From positions 1-37,726 of the forward strand of contig RQSC01000267.1 in NCBI GenBank assembly GCA_013416795.1: 37,726 nucleotides of DNA. Direction: 5' to 3'. This DNA is from Prasinococcaceae sp. CCMP 1430. Lineage: Eukaryota; Plantae; Prasinodermophyta. The translations under genes were made by a program, and so were the position numbers. Positions within the stretch are counted from its first letter, which is position 1. The number at the start of each line of letters is the position of its first letter. The notes under the pieces were generated by a model. That model was given only the letters and a program-made list of their open reading frames with translations, did no database searches and was not told the DNA's origin. Of the stretch, positions 32,119-37,726 are shown piece after piece.

Positions 32119-32265
32119 CTCGCCTAGCTCGCCTGGAGGGTGCGGGTTCCCTCCCCCCCTCCCGTCCCGCCCTCGCTCGCCCGTGCACCCCGCCCGCGCC
32201 CCCCCGCCCCGCGAGCGTGCGGGCGCATGCTTGTGACGAATTTGAGGAAGGTTCAATGTCTTGAC

Positions 32266-32493
32266 TCATGCGCACGCGTGAGCGCGCGGGCCTGACTTGT
32301 CGGCCTTGCCGACGGACGCATCCACTGCAACGTTCATCAGCACCTCCTCCGAGCCGCCGCCGACGGCATTGACACGCACCTCGCGGCAGAGCCGCTCGTC
32401 GGTGCGCCCTTCGCCCTCGCGCACGCACGCGCTGCCGCCCATGATCTGGCTCGCCTCGCGCGCGCAGGCCTCCGTGCCCTTGGTCGCGTCCAC
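32266..32493 (-). pseudogene. Isolated C-terminal fragment/exon of an acyl-CoA dehydrogenase
   Basis: VDATKGTEACAREASQIMGG...ERLCREVRVNAVGGGSEEVL matches the ACAD C-terminal helices; preceded by a CAG acceptor; no upstream ACAD exons nearby. Confidence 0.7.
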
Positions 32494-32878
32494 CTGCTGC
32501 GGCACTCGCGCAGCCAGCGCGCAACTTGCATCAGATCAGTGACATGGCGAAAACGCGAATCAGGGCCTACGCAATCACCAATACTACTACTACTGTACAG
32601 TAATGTACGTCAATGTCCAGAGGTTAGGGTTGGATACTAACCGTAAATACGCGCACGCCTGGCGGCGGCGCGCGAGGGCAAGCACGTACTGTACGTGCAC
32701 GCGTGCCCTCGTGTGTGTGCGTGCGTGCGTGCGCATGCGCGCGTGCGCGCGTGCGCGTGCGCGTGCGCGTGCGCGTGCGCGAGGGCGTGGGCGTGCGGGC
32801 GTGTGTGTACTAGCGCGACGGAGCCACTGTGTGCCACACGGCGCGTGCGCGCACGTGCGCGCGTGCTACGTGGCGGCG

Positions 32879-34099
32879 ATGGCGGCGCCCGCACCCGCGC
32901 ACACGGACGCGTACGCGCCGGACGCCATGGCCGCCGGCGGCGCGCTCTCGCGCGTCGCTGGCGCTTCGCTGCTCTCGCAAGGCGCCGAGGCGCGCGTGTG
33001 GGAGCTGCCGAGCTTCCTCGGCCGACATGCCGTCGCCAAGCAGCGCTTCGCCAAGAGGTACCGCCTGCCAGCACTTGACGCCAAGCTCACCACGCGCAGG
33101 CTCGCCAACGAGGCGCGCTCGCTCGCCAAGGCCAGGAAGGTGCGCGCGTGTGTGTGCGGTGTAGCGCTCACGTGTGCGTGTGCGCTTTCGCGCGCGCGCG
33201 TGCACACACAGAGATTTTGTGTGCGTGCGCGAGCGCGCCCCGCACCTATCATCTTCGCCCTCCGGCCTCACCAAGGTGGCCGCGGGGGAGCTCCATATCT
33301 TAACGGTGCAAGACGAGCATCACGTGCATATCGTTGGCCGGCGGCATGCCGCCCCTCGGGGCAATGGCGCTGCGGGCCTGGATGCCGTGCAACATACGCG
33401 CCACGCGCGAGCGTAGCGCATGTATGCGTGTGCGTGTGTGTGTGTGCGTGGCGTGCGTGTGCGTGCGTGCGTGCGTGCGTGCGTGTGTGCCTGCGCACGT
33501 GTACCCGTCCCCTGACACCGCCGCGCATCCTGCGCACCGCGCAACCCCATACCAACCCACCCACCTACCCCACCGATCGACGCACGCACGCATGCGCACG
33601 CGCGCTTGCTTGCACGCATGCGCAGCTTGGCGTGCGCGCGCCCGCGGTGTACTCCGTGGACGCCGCCGAGTCGACGCTGTACGTCGAGTTCGTCGCGGGC
33701 TCGACAGTGCGCGCCTTCTTGCGCGACGGCGCGGGGGGCGGCGGGGACGCGGCTGCGCGCGCACGCGTGCTGTCGGCCGTTGGCCGCGCGGTGGCGCGGC
33801 TGCACGACGGCGGCCTCGTGCACGGCGACCTGACCACATCCAACATGATCGTGCGCGAGGCGGACGGCGAGCTCGTCCTCATCGACTTCGGCCTGGCGGC
33901 CAACTCGACGCTCGCCGAGGACAAGGCGGTCGACCTGTACGTGCTCGAGCGCGCGGTCACGGCGGCGCATCCCGACCAAAAAGGCGTCTTCGAGGCCATC
34001 CTCGCCGCGTACAAGGCCGCCTCGCGCCAGTGGTGCCCCACGCTCAACCGCTTCGCCGACGTCCGCGCGCGCGGGCGCAAGCGCGCCATGGTGGGTTGA
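32879..34099 (+). CDS. BUD32: BUD32/PRPK (TP53RK) KEOPS-complex atypical kinase, 244 aa
   Basis: Exons 32879-33139 and 33626-34099; QGAEA, KQRFAKRYR, HGDLTTSN, DFGL, EDKAVDLYVLER, C-terminal RGRKRAMVG. Confidence 0.95.
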   Translation: MAAPAPAHTDAYAPDAMAAGGALSRVAGASLLSQGAEARVWELPSFLGRHAVAKQRFAKRYRLPALDAKLTTRRLANEARSLAKARKVRACVCGVALTCACALSRARVHTQRFCVRARARPAPIIFALRPHQGGRGGAPYLNGARRASRAYRWPAACRPSGQWRCGPGCRATYAPRASVAHVCVCVCVCAWRACACVRACVRVCLRTCTRPLTPPRILRTAQPHTNPPTYPTDRRTHACARALACTHAQLGVRAPAVYSVDAAESTLYVEFVAGSTVRAFLRDGAGGGGDAAARARVLSAVGRAVARLHDGGLVHGDLTTSNMIVREADGELVLIDFGLAANSTLAEDKAVDLYVLERAVTAAHPDQKGVFEAILAAYKAASRQWCPTLNRFADVRARGRKRAMVG

Positions 34100-34304
34100 G
34101 GCGCCGCGTGGCGTCGCCCGCGCGCACGCGCACGCGCGCACACACATGTACACACACGAACGCACGCACACGCACGCGCGCGCACGCACGCACGCACGTG
34201 TTGGGCCAGTGCACATGATAATACTGAAGTAGACTAATGAGACAATGGCGGGCATCGATGCATGTGCGACACGCAGAGCATGCGCGTGCGCGCGCAGGGG
34301 TTGT

Positions 34305-34305
34305 G

Positions 34306-34376
<71 letters not shown>
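34305..34376. repeat. (GTGC)n microsatellite, ~18 units
   Basis: Read directly; similar GCGT/GT tracts occur in introns and intergenic DNA throughout the window. Confidence 0.95.
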
Positions 34377-34378
<2 letters not shown>

Positions 34379-34985
34379 GCTGCGTGCACGGACGTGTACG
34401 CGCGCGTGCATGCGTTCATGTGCGCCGCACATGTGCGCATGTGTGCATGGATGGATATTGGTATCACGATTTGAAGGATTGGAGCCCCTGCTGCCGCCTC
34501 GCCAGTCGCCTCATCCCGCGCCGGGAAAGCACACAATGTCCCATTGAAAATTCGTCCGTCGTTTGGTTTATCGGTTGGCTTTGCCGCATTTTGTTGTGTC
34601 AAAATGAAATCAACATTTTACGCCCTCGATGTCGACTTGGATCGGGAAACGTCGGAAGCGGGTCGCGCGCAGTGCGCCCGGGGCGCCACAGCGCGCCAGC
34701 GGCGCGGCGCGGCGCGGCGAAGGAGGGGGGGACGCGGTGCGGGGTGGAGGGGGAGGGGGAGGGGGCGCCACGGGAGCGCCCGCGCGCGCAGCAGCACGCG
34801 GCAGCAGCTTCCGGAAACTGCCAACGGACGTTCAAACAAACGTGTCGAGTCATTTCTCCCAGTGTACGGAGTGTGTATCTAAATATGTATACATAATACC
34901 CACGGGCGAGTCACGGCGTCGCGCGGCGGCGTTTCGAATTGCCTGCATAGAATGAATTGGTCCAGAGAGAATTCGCAGCGCTGCA

Positions 34986-37008
34986 ATGCCGCTATCAAAG
35001 CGTATGCGCGCCGCCCGCCTCCGGAAGGCTCTGCGCCCGGCGCCATCAAAACGCATGCGCCGCGGCGTGTGTGCTGCTGGACGTGTGCTGTATATGTCGC
35101 CATCAGAGCGAATGCGCGCGCGCGTGGCGTGCGCGAGCGCTGAGGCGCTGGCGGCGCTCGGGGCTCCGCCCGGGTGGCTCGGTCGGGACGGGGAGCAGGT
35201 CCCGGCGTCGCTGCGCGGCAACCACGCGCCCGTCGTGGGTGAGATCGACGCTCTGGCCTGTCGCGTCGTGCGCGGCGAGCTGCCCGCGTCGCTCGACGGC
35301 GTATTCCTGCGCAACGGCCCGAACGCGCGGCACGAGCCGCTCCTCGGCACGGGCGAGTACCACGCGTTCGACGGCGACGGGATGGTCCACTACGTGGCCC
35401 TGCACGGCGGGCGGGCCGAGTACGGCCGCCGATACGTGCGCACGCGAGGATTCGAAGCGGAGGAGCGCGCGGGTGCCGCTGAGTTTACTGGCATGCGCAA
35501 TCTGATGCCGCTGCCGGACGTCTTCCCCGGAAGGCTCGCGCACAAGCTCGCCAACGCTGCGAGGCCGGAGACGCCGTGGTGGGTCGTCCAGACGAAGAAT
35601 CAGGCGAACAACGGCATCACCAGCCACGCAGGTAGGCTGCTCGCGACGTGGGAGGCGGGATCCGCGTACGAGCTCGTGCCTGATCGCAGCCTAGCCAGTA
35701 GGGGCCTGTGCGATTTCGGCGGCACCAACTCCACGCTCGACTTCTGGAAATACAATTTTTCGGCGCATCCCAAGGTGTGCGCGACGACTGGCGAGATGGT
35801 CTTCCTGGGCTACGGCCTCGTGGGTGCGCCGCTCGTGTCGCTGGGTAGCGTGTGCGGCGACACGGGGCGCATCCTCGGGCGCAGGGACATCTCCAACGCG
35901 CGCCCCTCGATGCAGCACGACCACGCTATTACGGAGTCGCGCGTGGTGCTCATGGAGCAGCCGCTGGTTTTCCAGTTCGGAAAGACGCTCGCAGGAGGCA
36001 GGCCCTTCGACTGTACGTGATGGCGGCAGCCCTGGGCCGCTGATGGCGTGCCCGCTTTCAAGTCGACGTTTCGCGCGCTCCGCCTCCGCGCGCGCGCGCG
36101 TTGACCTAGCGTTCCCCCAGCCATCCCGCGCCACAAAATGTGCATGCTCGGCGCTGACAGTGCTGGCCGCGCCGCGTATCTGGGCGCGAGCTGCAACAGT
36201 CGAGGCGGGCGGCACCGTGAGGTACGGCATCGTGCCTAGGCGCGGCTCGCTGCGCGGCAGGGCTGGCGAGGAGGCCGACGAGGAGGTCGTCTGGATCGAG
36301 GAGGAGGGCAGCTCCAGCTACAGCTACCACGTGCTCAACGCGTACGACGACCCTGCGGACGGCGATCGCGTTGTGCTGTACGTCCACCGCATGGACAGCA
36401 CGCGCGGGCTCGGCATGGCGGACGTCGTTGCGGGTGCGGGTGCGGAGGCCGGCGGTGGCGAGCGCGAGATCCTCGATGCAGCGCCTGGCGGGCAGCCCGA
36501 GGTCGCGCGCCTCCACCGCGTTGTGCTCGACGTCGCGCGCGCGCGCGTGGTCAGCAGCGAGCGTGTGTGCGAGCTGCCTTCCGACTTTCCGTGCGTCAGC
36601 CCGCGCGTCGTTGGCCAGCCCTTCAAGTATGGCTACTCCGTTCTGTACGACCCGGACTACCTCAGAGAGCGTGGAGAGGAGATGCCCGATGACGAGGAGG
36701 TCCCCAACTTCGTCGCCGTACTCAAGCACGACGTTGCCGAGGGTGTCACGCACCGCTTCGACCTGGGCGATGGCCGGGTGTGCGGCGACATAATCTTCGT
36801 GCCGCGCGAGGACTGCGAGGTTGGGGCGCGAGAGGAGGACGACGGCCACCTGTTGGTGCTCGCGCACCGCGGCGAGCGCCACATGGAGGGCGCCGACCTG
36901 CTCGTGGTGTGCGCGCGCACGCTCACGTGCGTGGCCGAGGTGGAAATTCCGGTGCGCGTGCCCTTCGGCTTCCACTGCGGCTGGCACGCCGGTGCCGGCC
37001 GCTGGTGA
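34986..37008 (+). CDS. Carotenoid cleavage dioxygenase (RPE65/CCD/NCED family)
   Basis: Exons 34986-36012 and 36200-37008 (phase 1; GTACGT donor, GCTGAC branch, CAG acceptor). FLRNGPN, FDGDGMVH; four Fe-ligand His in FSAHPK, MQHDHAIT, YHVLNAYD, PFGFHCGW. Start could be 34986, 35094 or 35112. Confidence 0.93.
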
Positions 37009-37386
37009 TGGGCGCGGCTGCGGGAGGCAGGCCGCGCATCGATGCATCCCTCTTCTCTGCACGATTGTACATGCGCGCGGGGGGGCGCGCGAGCCCGCAC
37101 ACACGCGCGGACACACGAGGACACTCCACAAGTGCACGCGCCTGCGCGCGCGAGCAAGTCGGTGTGAAAGTATAGTGACACGTGTTTACAAGGATCGCGT
37201 GCATGCGAGCGTGAACATATGCATCCGGCGTTTCTTCCTACTGTATGAATGCGGCGCACCTTTGAGTCCAGGCGCCTCTCTAGTTCGACAGTGGCCACTC
37301 GTCCTTCGCGGCACGCGATGTGCGTGCGCTCGCGCGAGCGGCGCGGTGTTTGATGGCGGCGGTCGCTCCGCCGCGCCCGGGCGGCG

Positions 37387-37726
37387 TCAGCCAAGCGTGC
37401 CCCCGCCGGGCAGCCCGAGCCTGTCTTTGACGGCGCGAATGAGGCTCTCGCCCCGCTCGCGCTCGTGCTGTCGCAGCCTCATGTGCGCGCGGGAGCTGTA
37501 CTCCTTGGCGCGCGCGACGTCCGTGTCGACCCTGTCCCTGACGGCGCGGATGAGGCTCTCGCCGCGCTCGCGCTGATGCTGCCGCAGCCTCATGCGCGCG
37601 CGGGAGCTGTACTCCTTCGCGCGCGCGACGTCGGTGTCGGAAAGCCTGCGCCCGCGGACGGAGCCGCGCGTGCCCACGGCGACGACCGCGTCGGCGTCCC
37701 GCGCGACGCCCCGCAGGCAGCGCTCG
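37387..37726 (-). CDS. 3' end of an unidentified gene running off the window; C-terminus has a 37-aa tandem duplication
   Basis: Open frame from the window edge to TGA 37389-37387; strong GC3 bias; the duplicated unit differs mainly at synonymous or conservative positions. Confidence 0.65.
   Translation of the reverse strand, partial: ERCLRGVARDADAVVAVGTRGSVRGRRLSDTDVARAKEYSSRARMRLRQHQRERGESLIRAVRDRVDTDVARAKEYSSRAHMRLRQHERERGESLIRAVKDRLGLPGGGTLG
37420..37639. repeat. 111-bp coding tandem duplication
   Basis: 37420-37528 ~ 37531-37639. Confidence 0.93.

Noticed and set aside
33140-33625. Read-through of the BUD32 intron (486 nt) and the copy B intron (81 nt) as coding sequence
   Set aside because: Both have canonical splice signals and microsatellite-like or non-conserved content. 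Stop-free 3n introns are expected at this GC content, and the equivalent copy A intron is 92 nt.

Overview
Eukaryotic, very GC-rich genomic DNA from a draft assembly, with N gaps at 1657-2099, 27151-27178 and 29025-29468 and a single N at 23727. GT-AG introns (GTGCG/GTACG donors, CTGAC branch sites), plastid genes with transit-peptide-like N-termini and TTTAGGG/TTAGGG repeats suggest a green alga, possibly prasinophyte-type (inference). Genes in order: BASS-family Na+/metabolite symporter; SGS3-like zf-XS/RRM/coiled-coil protein with a C-terminal RING-H2; two paralogues of a ~1500-aa secreted L-domain/mucin-stalk/Cys-rich protein (copy A frameshifted, copy B intact), separated by a small repeat protein and a dsRBD protein; a 1239-aa Ala-rich coiled-coil protein; Yippee; an orphan UBC27-type E2 exon; a class-3 lipase; a PT-repeat/somatomedin-B-like protein; a hypothetical protein; TIC21/PIC1; an orphan acyl-CoA dehydrogenase exon; BUD32; a carotenoid cleavage dioxygenase; and a partial gene at the right edge. 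The most striking observation is that 13790-13891 in copy B is an exact 102/102 base-by-base complement, NOT reverse complement, of the homologous 6505-6606 in copy A, in frame and with directly matching flanks. No known mutational mechanism does this, so it is probably an in-silico artefact, and unprecedented if real. Also notable is a ~1.1-kb mosaic of direct and inverted repeats with outward-facing telomeric tracts at 4421-5532. All exon models and domain calls were made by eye; no database searches were run.
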